A stretch of DNA of 38,607 nucleotides, taken from the NCBI GenBank assembly GCA_023250385.1, contig JAHFAU010000002.1:1-38607 (forward strand). Direction: 5' to 3'. The DNA is from Anaerolineales bacterium. GTDB taxonomy: Bacteria > Chloroflexota > Anaerolineae > Anaerolineales > E44-bin32. The position numbers were made by a program, and so were the translations under genes. Below are positions 8,977 to 18,279 of this stretch, piece after piece; the stretch's first letter is position 1; the number at the start of each line of letters is the position of its first letter. The notes below the pieces were generated by a model. The model was given only the letters and a program-made list of their open reading frames with translations. It ran no database searches and was not told where the DNA came from.

Positions 8977-10671
8977 CTACTCGACCTCGCCTCCGACGAG
9001 GCGCTTCCACTCGCCGTGGATTCCATCCCCCGTCACCCCGAAGTACAGCCGGATCGTCCCGTTTGTCTCTTGGGCCAGGTCGTAGCGACTGCCCTCACCC
9101 CGGCCGCGCCGCCGCAGCAGCCCCAGTTCGCCTTGCCAGGCGGAGACCGCCTTGCGCAAATCCGGCGGAAGCTGCAGGTACTGGGTAATTGCGTAATGCC
9201 ACAGGCGGCGGGCAGAGGTCTGGGTGACATTCTTGACCACGTTCCCATTTCGCAGGTCTCGGACGGTGAAATACTTCACTCCGTCGCGTTCATCCACCGC
9301 AACAATCTCGACCCCGGTGCGCGGGGCTGACGGGCCACCTTTGGCGACCTCCTTTTCCTCAGCTTCGGGTTGGATCGATGGACGGGTCCCGCGCGAAACC
9401 AACTGCACGATCTCGTCCCGAACGGCAAGCCCAGTGTCGGCTTCCTCCCGAACGTAGATCTTGTTGTCGTCCACCGCATAGGGCGGATCACCGCCCCGCG
9501 GAACCAGGATGCGCAGGATCGAGACTCCATGGCTCTGCTGGGTGTCGACCTGGCAGTTCAGCGGGGGGCTGATGCGGTTGCTGATTTCCTGCTGGAGCTT
9601 CCGGACCGCGGCAGCCGGGTTGGTCACTCCTTGCGGCTTGCTGGTGGGGTCGGCCCCGATTCCGACAAAGAGGGTGCCGCCATTCGTGTTGGCGAAGGCG
9701 CATACATCGGAGATGATCGAGTACAGGGCTCCGCCACGGGCGGTCATGGACTCGTGAAAGGCCTGCACGATCGTCGGCCCTTCCTCTCGGGCCTGCCGGA
9801 CGAAGTCGAACTCCTCGGCCCGCCGCTCCTGGAAGGGTCGAGTACGGGCAAAGTCGTTGCTGTGGAAGAGCTCGCGCAGCGATTCAAAGCTGATCTCAGG
9901 CAACGACAGCTCCGTCGCTCGGTCCCCCACGCCCAGGTTCTTCGGGTTTCGCGGATCGGTCCGCAGGCGGTGGGCGTCGGAACCCTGAATGCAGTGCATC
10001 CGGCGCGGGTATTCGGGCTTGGTGCCGTTGAAGAAGTCTGCGGTCGAGCGGCGCCCGCGTGGCTCGAGGTCGGTGACCTCCAGAGCGTGCAGATTGGGGT
10101 CCTGGGTGTAGGCGATCTTGGTCTGGCCTCCAATCGGGAAGCCGCGCATGGCAACCCCATTGCTCGAATTGGCGTGGGCCGCGATCGCCAGACCACCGGC
10201 CTCATTGATTCTTTTGTAGGCTGCCAGCACATCGCTGGAGGCTCCGACGGTTACGGAGCCGGAATCCAACTCCTTTGGGTCGATATTCAACGAGAGCAGC
10301 AAGTGATCCAGTTCGCGAAGCGGTTTGTCGGGCGAGAATATCCCGAGGATATGAAAGCCCAGCGTGGCCGTGAACTCGAACCCCGGCAGAACCAACAGAT
10401 CGGTCAGCAGTCGTCGGAACTCACCCAAGCGCTCGCGTTCGTCATTGCGGATGCGTCCCAGCTTCTCGAGCAGTTCTAATTGCTCGAGCTCCTCCCGGAT
10501 TCGTCGATAGCCGGCGACCGTGTTGTGATCGGTAAGGGCGATGATCTTCAGGCCCTGCGCGACGGCAGTGCGCAAGATGTCCAGATACGAAACCTCCGGC
10601 TCCGCATAATCGCCGGAAGCCGGAGTGTGGAGGTGGAGATCTGCCGCAACCCAGCGTCTTACGCCCGTCAT
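8977..10671 (-). CDS. PHP-domain phosphoesterase fused to an AlbA_2/Schlafen-like putative DNA-binding domain and an unknown C-terminal domain
   Basis: The N-terminal PHP motifs are [33 protein letters not shown] and GSDAHR. The central segment [25 protein letters not shown]...[14 protein letters not shown]...[21 protein letters not shown] matches the AlbA_2 (divergent AAA_4) pattern. I do not recognise the roughly 120-aa C-terminal region. Confidence 0.7.
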   Translation of the reverse strand: MTGVRRWVAADLHLHTPASGDYAEPEVSYLDILRTAVAQGLKIIALTDHNTVAGYRRIREELEQLELLEKLGRIRNDERERLGEFRRLLTDLLVLPGFEFTATLGFHILGIFSPDKPLRELDHLLLSLNIDPKELDSGSVTVGASSDVLAAYKRINEAGGLAIAAHANSSNGVAMRGFPIGGQTKIAYTQDPNLHALEVTDLEPRGRRSTADFFNGTKPEYPRRMHCIQGSDAHRLRTDPRNPKNLGVGDRATELSLPEISFESLRELFHSNDFARTRPFQERRAEEFDFVRQAREEGPTIVQAFHESMTARGGALYSIISDVCAFANTNGGTLFVGIGADPTSKPQGVTNPAAAVRKLQQEISNRISPPLNCQVDTQQSHGVSILRILVPRGGDPPYAVDDNKIYVREEADTGLAVRDEIVQLVSRGTRPSIQPEAEEKEVAKGGPSAPRTGVEIVAVDERDGVKYFTVRDLRNGNVVKNVTQTSARRLWHYAITQYLQLPPDLRKAVSAWQGELGLLRRRGRGEGSRYDLAQETNGTIRLYFGVTGDGIHGEWKRLVGGEVE

Positions 10672-10697
10672 CTAATCTCTCCCCTAACCGGCCGCAG

Positions 10698-11051
10698 TCA
10701 ATTCAGCTTCTGCCGGATCATTGCAATCAGTTCAGGTGGTGAATAAGGCTTGAGCATGAAGCCGTCTGCTCCGGCGTCCAGGGCCCGGTCCGACACATCC
10801 ATCCCGGAGGTCATGATGACCGGTATTTGCCCAAGGTCGGCCGAGGCCCTGACCTGCCGCAGCAGCTCCAGACCATCCCGGCTGTTCATGAAAACGTCCA
10901 TGATCACCAGGTCCGGCCTCAGCTGGCGCATGCTCTCCAGAGCCCGATCCGGGTTCGTGGCCGGGGTAACCTCGAACCCGTCCAGCTCAAGCAGGGTCTT
11001 GAGCAGCGAGACCATCGTGGCGTCATCGTCGACGATCAGGAGTCTTGGCAT
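10698..11051 (-). CDS. Single-domain response regulator (CheY-like receiver)
   Basis: [28 protein letters not shown]...[10 protein letters not shown] (phospho-acceptor Asp)...VIMTSG...[15 protein letters not shown]. There is no output domain. The ATG lies 29 nt inside the 3' end of lon. Confidence 0.85.
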   Translation of the reverse strand: MPRLLIVDDDATMVSLLKTLLELDGFEVTPATNPDRALESMRQLRPDLVIMDVFMNSRDGLELLRQVRASADLGQIPVIMTSGMDVSDRALDAGADGFMLKPYSPPELIAMIRQKLN

Positions 11052-13632
11052 TTCTGCTCGTTCGGGCGGGAGGTCCGCCCCGTTTCGCTCGAATTGGGTG
11101 TCCAGAGTTGGCTCCTTTTCTTGGTCGCGCCCGTTTCCGCGACCCGGCCTCCAGGGCCGTCTTCAGTACTTCACCCACGCTGTCGACGAAGACAAACTCG
11201 ATCTCCTTCTTGATCTCCTCCGGCACCTCGTCCAGATCAACTTCATTGCGTTTGGGAAGGATGATGGTTTTCAATTCTGCCCGGTGGGCCGCCAGGACTT
11301 TCTCCTTCACCCCACCGATCGGCAGTACCTTCCCACGCAACGTGATCTCCCCGGTCATTGCAACATCGCTTCGGACCGGCCGACCACTGGCCAGCGAGGC
11401 GAGGGCGGAGGCCATCGTGATCCCCGCCGAGGGCCCATCTTTGGGCTGAGAGCCCGACGGTATGTGAAGGTGCAAATCGTGAGTGGTCCAAAAATCTGCC
11501 CGGATCCCAAGCTCCTTGGAAGCGGAGCGAACATAGGACAGGGCGGCCTGGGCCGACTCTTTCATGACGTCTCCCAGTGATCCGGTCAGTTTGAATTCTC
11601 GGCCTCCGGACATGGCAGTTGCCTCGATAAACAGTACTTCGCCTCCGGCGGGAGTCCAAGCCAAGCCGGCTGCAACCCCGGGCAATTGGGTCCGCTCGGC
11701 GACTTCCTCGGGGCCCCAGAAGCGGCGCTTGCCAATCAGCTCGGGCAACGCGTCCGGCGTGACCTCGAGTCGCTCGATCTTCCCCTCTGCGATCTGGGTC
11801 GCGATCTTGCGGCAGGCTTTGCCGATCTCGCGCTCAAGATTGCGGACTCCGGCCTCCCGGGTATAGGACCGAATGATCTCGCGGACGGCAGCCTCGCTAA
11901 GCGTGACTTCCGCTTCCCGCAAGCTGTTCTCCCGAATCTGCCGCGGGATCAGATAGTCTCGGGCAATGATGGCCTTTTCCCCTTCGGTATAGCCAGACAG
12001 GCGGATGATCTCCATCCGATCCAGCAGCGGGGGCGGGATCGTATCCAGCCAATTGGCGGTGGTGATGAACATCACCTTGGAAAGGTCATAAGCTACTTCT
12101 AAGTAGTGATCGCGAAACTCGCTGTTTTGTTCGGGGTCCAAAACTTCCAAGAGGGCGGAAGCCGGATCACCCCGAAAGTCGCGTCCCAACTTGTCGACTT
12201 CGTCCATCATGAAGACCGGATTGTTGGTCTCGACCCGCCGCAGCGCCTGCAGGATCCGCCCCGGCAGCGCCCCGATATAAGTTCGCCGGTGGCCGCGGAT
12301 TTCGGCCTCGTCGTGCACTCCGCCGAGTGAGATTCGAATGAATTCCCGGCCGGTGGCTCGGGCGATCGATCTACCGAGCGAAGTCTTGCCGACCCCCGGC
12401 GGTCCGATGAAGCAGAGGATCGCCCCCTCCCGCTCCCGCCGGATCTGGTCTTGCGGGGTGTCGCTCTTCAAATCCGCCCGCTCGAGTTTCAGTTTTCGAA
12501 CCGCAAGGTACTCTAGGATCCGCTGCTTGATATCCTGCAGCCCGTAGTGATCTTCATCCAGCACCTGCCGGGCGTTCTCCAAATCCAGGTTGTCGACGGT
12601 TAGCTTGCCCCAGGGAAGCGACACCATCCAATCCAGGTAAGTCCGAATCACACCATACTCGGCGGCCGCAGTCGGAAGCTTGGCAAGTCGATCCAGCTCC
12701 CGCCGGGCCATTTTCTCTGCCTCGGGCGAGAGGCCAGCCTTCTCCATCTTCGCGCGGAATTCTTCCACCTCGGCTGCTTGCTCATCGACCTCACCCAGTT
12801 CGCGCTGAATCGCCTTCAGCTGCTCGCGCAGGAAATACTCACGCTGGACCTTCTCGATCTCTTCCCGGGCCTCCTCCTGGATCTGTTGCCCGAGCGAGAG
12901 CACTTCGACTTCTCGGCTCAGTAAGCCGTTAAGTTTCTGCAATTTGGCGAGGGTGGAGTCTTCTTCGAGCAACTGCTGGGCGACCTCCAGATCCATCCGT
13001 TGATAATTGGCGATGGTGTAGGCGATTTGGAGCGGGTCTTCTTGCAGCATCACGCTGGCCACCACTTCCCGCGGCAGGGAAGGCGCCATCTCTGCAACTT
13101 CCTGGAACTGGTCGGTTGCGGCCCGGACTTGAGCCTCGAGCTCGACTCCGTCTTCGACGATCTCTGGCTTCAGCACGATCCGGGCCTTGAGATACGGGTC
13201 GAGGGAAGTGAACTCCTCCAGCGTAAAACGGGACAATCCCTGGACGATCATCCGGATTGTCCCATCCGGAGCGCGGAACAAACGTTGGACCGTGGCCAGG
13301 GTCCCGATGGAAAACAGATCTTCCGGGCCGGGAAGCTCCAATTCGGGCCGGCGGGAGGCCACCAGCCCTACCATTCGATCTGCGCCGACGACGTCGTCCA
13401 CCAATCGGATCGACCGCGGCTGACCAATCGTCAGCGGAACGACGGTTTGGGGGTACACCACCACCCCGCGGAGCGGCAGAATCGGGAGTTCGGTGGGAAG
13501 CGCCAGCTCGGCGGCGGCGGGGGTCCGCCCCTCGAGGCCCGTGCTTTCGTCCCGAACGATGATCCGCGGCTCACCCAGCCCTTCCTCCGGCTGGGAGCGC
13601 GCGCCAGGCCTGATCGGCCTATTCACGCCCAT
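11023..13632 (-). CDS. lon: ATP-dependent Lon protease (LonA) with a basic C-terminal tail
   Basis: The N-terminal LON substrate-binding domain reads [13 protein letters not shown]. Also present: Walker [24 protein letters not shown], catalytic [15 protein letters not shown] and [14 protein letters not shown] roughly 45-aa Arg/Lys/Pro-rich tail follows the protease domain. Confidence 0.95.
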   Translation of the reverse strand: MGVNRPIRPGARSQPEEGLGEPRIIVRDESTGLEGRTPAAAELALPTELPILPLRGVVVYPQTVVPLTIGQPRSIRLVDDVVGADRMVGLVASRRPELELPGPEDLFSIGTLATVQRLFRAPDGTIRMIVQGLSRFTLEEFTSLDPYLKARIVLKPEIVEDGVELEAQVRAATDQFQEVAEMAPSLPREVVASVMLQEDPLQIAYTIANYQRMDLEVAQQLLEEDSTLAKLQKLNGLLSREVEVLSLGQQIQEEAREEIEKVQREYFLREQLKAIQRELGEVDEQAAEVEEFRAKMEKAGLSPEAEKMARRELDRLAKLPTAAAEYGVIRTYLDWMVSLPWGKLTVDNLDLENARQVLDEDHYGLQDIKQRILEYLAVRKLKLERADLKSDTPQDQIRREREGAILCFIGPPGVGKTSLGRSIARATGREFIRISLGGVHDEAEIRGHRRTYIGALPGRILQALRRVETNNPVFMMDEVDKLGRDFRGDPASALLEVLDPEQNSEFRDHYLEVAYDLSKVMFITTANWLDTIPPPLLDRMEIIRLSGYTEGEKAIIARDYLIPRQIRENSLREAEVTLSEAAVREIIRSYTREAGVRNLEREIGKACRKIATQIAEGKIERLEVTPDALPELIGKRRFWGPEEVAERTQLPGVAAGLAWTPAGGEVLFIEATAMSGGREFKLTGSLGDVMKESAQAALSYVRSASKELGIRADFWTTHDLHLHIPSGSQPKDGPSAGITMASALASLASGRPVRSDVAMTGEITLRGKVLPIGGVKEKVLAAHRAELKTIILPKRNEVDLDEVPEEIKKEIEFVFVDSVGEVLKTALEAGSRKRARPRKGANSGHPIRAKRGGPPARTSRNAKTPDRRR

Positions 13633-13641
13633 CGGCTCGGC

Positions 13642-14064
13642 TCACTCATCAATCGAGACCTGCCTCGGTTTGAGTTTCGGAAGCTCCACTCTGAGGAAAC
13701 CGTCTTGGTAGGCGGCCTCGATTTTGGAGACTTCAACCGGCTCGGGGATCTGGATGGAGGTCTCGAATTCGCCGTACGCAATCTCCAGTTGACGATACTC
13801 CTTGCGTGGCCCGGCGTCGCTGCGCGCCCCCTGGATCACCAGCACTTGGCGCTCGAAAGTCACTGCGATGTCGGTGCCCCGCATCCCGGCGATCTCCACT
13901 CGAACCTGGTAGGCATCATCGGTCTCATACACATCAGTGGGCGGGCGCCACTTGTGGGTGCGGCGTTTCACTCCCCACAGTGACGGGTGCTCAGACTTTG
14001 GCGGCCAACTGTCGTCTTCGATTGCGCTCAGTTCGAGCGGGTCAGAGAGTTGATTTCGTGGCAT
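13642..14064 (-). CDS. Hsp20/alpha-crystallin small heat-shock protein
   Basis: WRPPTDVYETDDAYQVRVEIAGMRGTDIAVTFERQVLVIQGAR...YGEFETSIQIPEPVEVSKIEAAYQDGFLRVELPK is a canonical ACD pattern. It lies 9 nt upstream of lon. Confidence 0.9.
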   Translation of the reverse strand: MPRNQLSDPLELSAIEDDSWPPKSEHPSLWGVKRRTHKWRPPTDVYETDDAYQVRVEIAGMRGTDIAVTFERQVLVIQGARSDAGPRKEYRQLEIAYGEFETSIQIPEPVEVSKIEAAYQDGFLRVELPKLKPRQVSIDE

Positions 14065-14077
14065 ACTCGGCCTTTAA

Positions 14078-14122
14078 GAGTGACTTTATGATCTGTTCCC
14101 GACGTAATCACTCATTTTACCA
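14078..14122 (-). promoter_or_regulatory. Candidate extended -10 promoter (TGgTAAAAT) for hsp20-lon, followed by inverted repeat GAGTGA-N24-TCACTC
   Basis: The minus strand reads gaTGGTAAAATGAGTGAttacgtcgggaacagatcataaagTCACTCttaaaggccgagtATG. The inverted-repeat arms lie at 14108-14113 and 14078-14083, between the -10 element and the start codon. It does not match CIRCE or HAIR consensus spacing. Confidence 0.3.
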
Positions 14123-14157
14123 TCCTCACCCTTTCAGCGCCTTCGGCGGGCATGCGG

Positions 14158-14186
14158 TTGTCTGGGCATAGGATTGCCGGTAGAAT
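14158..14186 (+). promoter_or_regulatory. Candidate sigma-70 promoter TTGTCT-17 nt-TAGAAT for the cNMP-binding gene
   Basis: -35 at 14158-14163 and -10 at 14181-14186. GGAGG at 14202-14206 lies 7 nt before ATG 14214. Confidence 0.4.
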
Positions 14187-14213
14187 TCTCGAGATGGCTC
14201 CGGAGGCCCTTGC

Positions 14214-14660
14214 ATGAATCTGTCCGAAATCTTGAGTCAGGTTGAGCTGTTTGAGGGGCTTGGCCGGGATGAACTCGAGAAGATCGCCTCGATCTGTAGA
14301 GAGCAGTCGTTCCGATCGGGAGATGTGGTTACTCGTCAAGGCGATACCGGCGACCAATTGTTCGTCATCTGGGACGGCTTGGTAGAGGTCGTTCACGAAG
14401 AAGCCCCCCACGATCCGGCGCCTCGAACAGTCGTCAATCTGGGCCAGGGCCAGGTGTTTGGCGAGATGGCTCTGGTTGATTACGGGCCGCGTTCTGCGAC
14501 CATTCGGGTAATCTCGGACCAAGCAACGGTCCAGACAATTCAGCGGGACGCTTTCATGGAGTTGTGTGAAAGCCATACCCACTTGGGATATGTCGTGATG
14601 CGGAACATTGCGGCCGACTTGTCCTTCAAACTCCGCCATCAGCATCTCGTCGGGCGCTAA
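14214..14660 (+). CDS. Stand-alone cyclic-nucleotide-binding domain protein
   Basis: LFEGLGRDELEKIASICREQSFRSGDVVTRQGDTGDQLFVIWDGLVEV...GQGQVFGEMALVDYGPRSATIRV contains the cNMP_binding signatures (FGE.AL...RSAT). No effector domain is fused. Confidence 0.85.
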   Translation: MNLSEILSQVELFEGLGRDELEKIASICREQSFRSGDVVTRQGDTGDQLFVIWDGLVEVVHEEAPHDPAPRTVVNLGQGQVFGEMALVDYGPRSATIRVISDQATVQTIQRDAFMELCESHTHLGYVVMRNIAADLSFKLRHQHLVGR

Positions 14661-14663
14661 ACC

Positions 14664-14867
14664 ATGACCGCCATCTTCAAGGTGAGCTACGTCGTCCGCG
14701 GCGGGACCCATCCGGGAGCAATCCTCAACGAGGACAAGCGCCCCCAGGTCGGCCAGCGGATCAAGCTGGGAGCTCAGGAGTTCGAGGTTGTGGAGGTGGT
14801 GGATCTGATGCCGGCCCGGGGCGACTTCAGCTTTCTACACGTCACCTTGCAGCCTCCCAAGAAGTAG
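14664..14867 (+). CDS. Small hypothetical protein (67 aa)
   Basis: ATG lies 3 nt after the cNMP gene stop, on the same strand. The predicted sequence is beta-rich and not Arg/Pro-biased. I recognise no motif. Confidence 0.45.
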   Translation: MTAIFKVSYVVRGGTHPGAILNEDKRPQVGQRIKLGAQEFEVVEVVDLMPARGDFSFLHVTLQPPKK

Positions 14868-14975
14868 ACCCTCTGCCCGAGACTGGCCTGCCTCCCCCAC
14901 GCGCCCGGGCACAGTCGGCCGGCACTCGTCTTCTGCTCAACCAATACGAAAATTGATAGGGATCTGCTTGGGTAA

Positions 14976-16415
14976 CTAAGGCACGCCGGCTAGCAGCGCC
15001 ATGGCCACTCGGGGTGTGACAAAGACTTCAATCGCAGCGGCGGCCAAGATCAATGGCAGGACCAGGCCCAGGTTCAGCCGGGCCCATTTCCCCAGCGCCT
15101 CCAGCCAGGAGGCCCCCAGCGATGAACCCTTTGGCAAACTGAGCGCAGCAAGCCCCAGCTGCACGATTGCTGCGCCGGCCAATATTGCGGCCGGGACCTC
15201 CAAGAGCGCATGCGGAAGCACGAGCCCGCCCAAGACGCGACTGGCATTGCCGCCGGCGAGCGCGAAATTACCCGCGAAGTAGCCCACGATCCCGATCGGA
15301 GTCATCAACAGAACCACCGCCGCGACGCCGAAGGTGAAGGCCCCCAGCACGCTCGCCAGTCCCAACGCTCGAATGTTGTTCCAAGCCACCCAGAGCCAGC
15401 CCCTGGCTGTCAGCAAGCCAAAGCTGGACAGCTCATTGCCCAAGGCGCCCTGCAGCCGGTCCGCCCGGAACAAATCGGACGGCAGGGCGAACTCGCTCGC
15501 CGCTCGGTAGCCCACCCAATACGCCACCAGCAGCGCCAGGATCATGATCAGGATTGACCCCCGAGCTTGGGGCAGCGTCTCGCCCAGCAGCTCTCGATAC
15601 CAGCCGGCGATCGACTCTGCCCGGCCCCGGAATCCGGTCCAGAAGCTGCGCTTGACCCATTTGAGATCGAAGTCGTCGAAATCCCGCCCCAGCAACTGCT
15701 CCCGATTGAACAGATGCAGCCCCATTCGAACCAGCACGATCGCCACCAGTACGAGCGCCGCCACAATCCACCACAGGACGCTGTAGCGTCCCCAGAACAT
15801 GATCAGACTTTCCCCAATGATCAACTGCGAGACTGGCACGATGATGAAAGAGGCGAGCAGATTGGCGGCCCGCACCGAGGTGGTCTGGCTCGAGATCACG
15901 ACGGCTCCGGTGACCATGACAATCGACTGGGCCGTGGTCAGCAGCAGGATTTGGACCAAGAGCGGCAGAGGGGGCTGCCAACCCAGTCGCCAGAAGAGCC
16001 CGATCAGGTACACAAAGATCCCAAGGTAAGCGGCGCCGAGCGGCGCAAGCATCGAGGCGATGATCTTACCGAAGTACAACTGACCGTCTGTGAGAGGGGT
16101 GGCCAGCAGCGGCTCGAGCGAGAGCCGCTCGCGTTCACCGGCGAAACTCTCCAAGGCGATTACCAGCGAGATGGAGATCGGGAAGAAACCCACGACCATA
16201 AGCAGGAAGGGGATCAAGCGATCTCCGATGATATCGGCCCCATACCGTTCGACGAACTGAACGGCCTGATTTGCGGTGAAATTCATCAGTACCGGAAAGA
16301 ATAGAGTCAAAAGGATGATCGGCGTCAGGATCCGCCAATCCCGCAATTGATCACGGATCTCCCTTCGGGCGACGGTAAGTGTTCCGGGCAGCCAGGAGAG
16401 CTCGCGACTGCTCAA
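14976..16415 (-). CDS. ABC-2-type transporter permease fused to a SpoIIM-like (DUF95) membrane domain
   Basis: The N-terminal half (REIRDQLRDWRILTPIILLTLFFPVLMNF..., about 6 TM) resembles ABC-2 permeases. The C-terminal half (ILALLVAYWVGYRA...NIRALGLASVLGAFTFGVAAVVLLMTPIGIVGYF...LPHALLEVPAAILAGAAIV) matches the SpoIIM/DUF95 pattern. The TTG start overlaps the ATPase stop (TTGA). Confidence 0.7.
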   Translation of the reverse strand: MSSRELSWLPGTLTVARREIRDQLRDWRILTPIILLTLFFPVLMNFTANQAVQFVERYGADIIGDRLIPFLLMVVGFFPISISLVIALESFAGERERLSLEPLLATPLTDGQLYFGKIIASMLAPLGAAYLGIFVYLIGLFWRLGWQPPLPLLVQILLLTTAQSIVMVTGAVVISSQTTSVRAANLLASFIIVPVSQLIIGESLIMFWGRYSVLWWIVAALVLVAIVLVRMGLHLFNREQLLGRDFDDFDLKWVKRSFWTGFRGRAESIAGWYRELLGETLPQARGSILIMILALLVAYWVGYRAASEFALPSDLFRADRLQGALGNELSSFGLLTARGWLWVAWNNIRALGLASVLGAFTFGVAAVVLLMTPIGIVGYFAGNFALAGGNASRVLGGLVLPHALLEVPAAILAGAAIVQLGLAALSLPKGSSLGASWLEALGKWARLNLGLVLPLILAAAAIEVFVTPRVAMALLAGVP

Positions 16416-17344
16416 TTCGAACGCTCCGACTGCATCACCGAGAGGTAGACCTCCTCCAAGCTGCGACCGATCTCGGAGAGGGTCACAATTTCGATCCCGG
16501 CCATTCCCATGGCTCGAACGACTGCCGGGTTAACGGTCTCGGGATCTTCGGCCTGAAAACGAAGCCAATTTGGGCCGGTCTCGCGCAGAGTGGCCCCGTG
16601 GGGGAGGAGGCGAGCTGCTCCATCCAGGCTGCCCGCTACCCGCAACTCCATGATGGGGCTGCCGAGGAATTCGCGCTTCAACTCTTCCGGCGACCCCTGT
16701 GCCACGATCCTGCCTTTCCTGATCACTGCAATTCGATCGGCGAGTGTCTCGGCCTCGTGCAGGTTGTGGGTGCACACTACGATCGCCCGGTTCCCGGAGC
16801 GCAGACCTCGGATGCTCTCGCGAACCAATCGAGCGCTCTCCGGATCCATCGCGGAGGTCGGCTCGTCAAGCAGCAAGACGGCTGGATCATGGAGCAGGGC
16901 GCGAGCCATGGCCAACTTCTGGCGCATTCCCTTGGAGTAGGCTCCGAGTCGCAGTTCGATCGTCTCGCTCAGACCTAAGCGGTCCAGGAGGCTGTAGGCC
17001 CGCTCTTCCACTGATTCGGGGCGCAACCGGTAAATCTCACCAAAGAAAGCTAGATACTCCATGGCCTTCATGCGAGTGTACAGTCCGTGATGCTCGGTCA
17101 GCATTCCGACCTGGCGCCGGACCTGGCTGGCATGGGCGACCGTGTCGAGGCCGGCGATGCGGACCCAACCCTGGGTGGGCCCGAGAATGGAGGCGAGCAT
17201 TCGGATCGTGGTCGTCTTGCCCGCCCCATTGGGGCCGAGCAAGGCGAGCACTTCGCCGGCCTCAACCCGCAGCGAGACCTGGTCAACCGCGACCAGGCTG
17301 CCAAACCGCTTCCCAAGCTCTAGGGTTTCGATCAGGGGAGTCAT
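16412..17344 (-). CDS. ABC transporter ATP-binding protein (ABC-2 subfamily with C-terminal DUF4162-like extension)
   Basis: Walker A GPNGAGKTTTIRML, signature YSKGMRQKLAMA, Walker B LLLDEPTSAMD, H-loop VCTHN. I placed the start at ATG 17344 (MTPLIETLELGKRFG), because the upstream in-frame ATG falls inside the predicted -10 box. Confidence 0.9.
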   Translation of the reverse strand: MTPLIETLELGKRFGSLVAVDQVSLRVEAGEVLALLGPNGAGKTTTIRMLASILGPTQGWVRIAGLDTVAHASQVRRQVGMLTEHHGLYTRMKAMEYLAFFGEIYRLRPESVEERAYSLLDRLGLSETIELRLGAYSKGMRQKLAMARALLHDPAVLLLDEPTSAMDPESARLVRESIRGLRSGNRAIVVCTHNLHEAETLADRIAVIRKGRIVAQGSPEELKREFLGSPIMELRVAGSLDGAARLLPHGATLRETGPNWLRFQAEDPETVNPAVVRAMGMAGIEIVTLSEIGRSLEEVYLSVMQSERSN

Positions 17345-17360
17345 CGCGCCGTCGCCGCGC

Positions 17361-17390
17361 ATTATAGCAGGCGGGACCATTCGGACTCAA
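17361..17390 (-). promoter_or_regulatory. Candidate sigma-70 promoter TTGAGT-18 nt-TATAAT for the ABC transporter operon (very short leader)
   Basis: The minus strand reads cgaTTGAGTccgaatggtcccgcctgcTATAATgcgcggcgacggcgcgATG. The consensus -10 ends about 17 nt before the ATG at 17344. Confidence 0.45.
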
Positions 17391-17424
17391 TCGGCCCGAG
17401 TTCCCACATGATAAGTGACGGCGT

Positions 17425-18279
17425 TTAGGCTTGCTTTGGACGGCGCTTGCGGGGCCGGACCGGCACTTGCCGATTGCGAAGATAAAGGGCAACTGCCGCA
17501 GCGACGGCTACAACTAGCATTACGGCCTGGTTGAAGTTGATTCCAAATGCCGGAACGTAGTCGAGCCTTATGAATTCGAGCACAAAGCGGCCCAGCGGAT
17601 AGGTGACCAAGTAAGTAAGGAAGATGTCTCCGGAGCCCAGACGATCTCGATAGTTTCTCCACAACCAGAGCAGGAAGAAGAAATTAGCCAGATTCCAAAT
17701 CGACTCGTACAGGAATAGCGGGTGGAATCGCTCAAACGGCTCATAGCCGGGCAATCGATTTGCCGGGTCGATTCGGATCCCCCAGGGTAGGTTGGTTGGG
17801 GGCCCGTACAGCTCCTGATTGACGTAGTTCCCCCAACGCCCAATCGCCTGAGCGAGCGCCACGCCAGGCGCGGCCGCGTCCATCAACCGACCCAGGGGTA
17901 GTTTGCGCCGCCGGGCAAAGAGGTACAGGCCGAATACGCCGCCGATGATCGCCCCGGGCATCGCAAGCCCGCCCCGGGTCGTGTTGATGAGATCGAGCGG
18001 ATGGGTCAGGTACCAACCGGTCGTGATTCCTTGTTCTAGCAAGCTCTTCGATGGCGTGAAGACGTGATAGAGCCGGGCCCCAATGACCCCAAAGACCAAC
18101 ACCCAGATCAATCCGTCCCAAGCGACCTCGGAGTCGGCGCGGTCGATCTTCAACAAGCGGCTTGCGACGCTGGCAGCTGCGATCGCACCGAGCATCAGCA
18201 GCATGCCATAGTAGCGCAGGAGAAAACTCAGCCCAAACGCGGTGATTTGGATCCCGACCGGTTGAAAATCAACGCTCAC
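17425..18279 (-). CDS. lgt: Prolipoprotein diacylglyceryl transferase
   Basis: Motifs: RYYGMLLMLG, GARLYHVF, GGLAMPGAIIGG, AIGRWGNYVNQELYGPPTNLPWGIRI, HPLFLYESIWN. I placed the start at GTG 18279 (VSVDFQPVGIQ...). The ORF-track start at 18324 would overlap the upstream gene by 56 nt. Confidence 0.9.
   Translation of the reverse strand: MSVDFQPVGIQITAFGLSFLLRYYGMLLMLGAIAAASVASRLLKIDRADSEVAWDGLIWVLVFGVIGARLYHVFTPSKSLLEQGITTGWYLTHPLDLINTTRGGLAMPGAIIGGVFGLYLFARRRKLPLGRLMDAAAPGVALAQAIGRWGNYVNQELYGPPTNLPWGIRIDPANRLPGYEPFERFHPLFLYESIWNLANFFFLLWLWRNYRDRLGSGDIFLTYLVTYPLGRFVLEFIRLDYVPAFGINFNQAVMLVVAVAAAVALYLRNRQVPVRPRKRRPKQA

Noticed and set aside
8342-9010. 222-aa minus-strand ORF overlapping mogA in another frame and extending into the intergenic region.
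   Set aside because: The translation is Arg/Gly/Pro-rich junk. The mogA frame carries the recognisable MoCF-biosynthesis motifs.
14112-14711. 199-aa minus-strand ORF covering the hsp20/cNMP intergenic region and the whole cNMP gene.
   Set aside because: It is antisense to a gene with clear cNMP-binding motifs, a promoter and a Shine-Dalgarno sequence. It has no motifs of its own.
14868-14975. Convergent intergenic region, checked for a bidirectional intrinsic terminator (it contains the GCCCGGGC and GCCGGC palindromes).
   Set aside because: The palindromes are short and no T/A-tracts flank them. I cannot support a terminator call.
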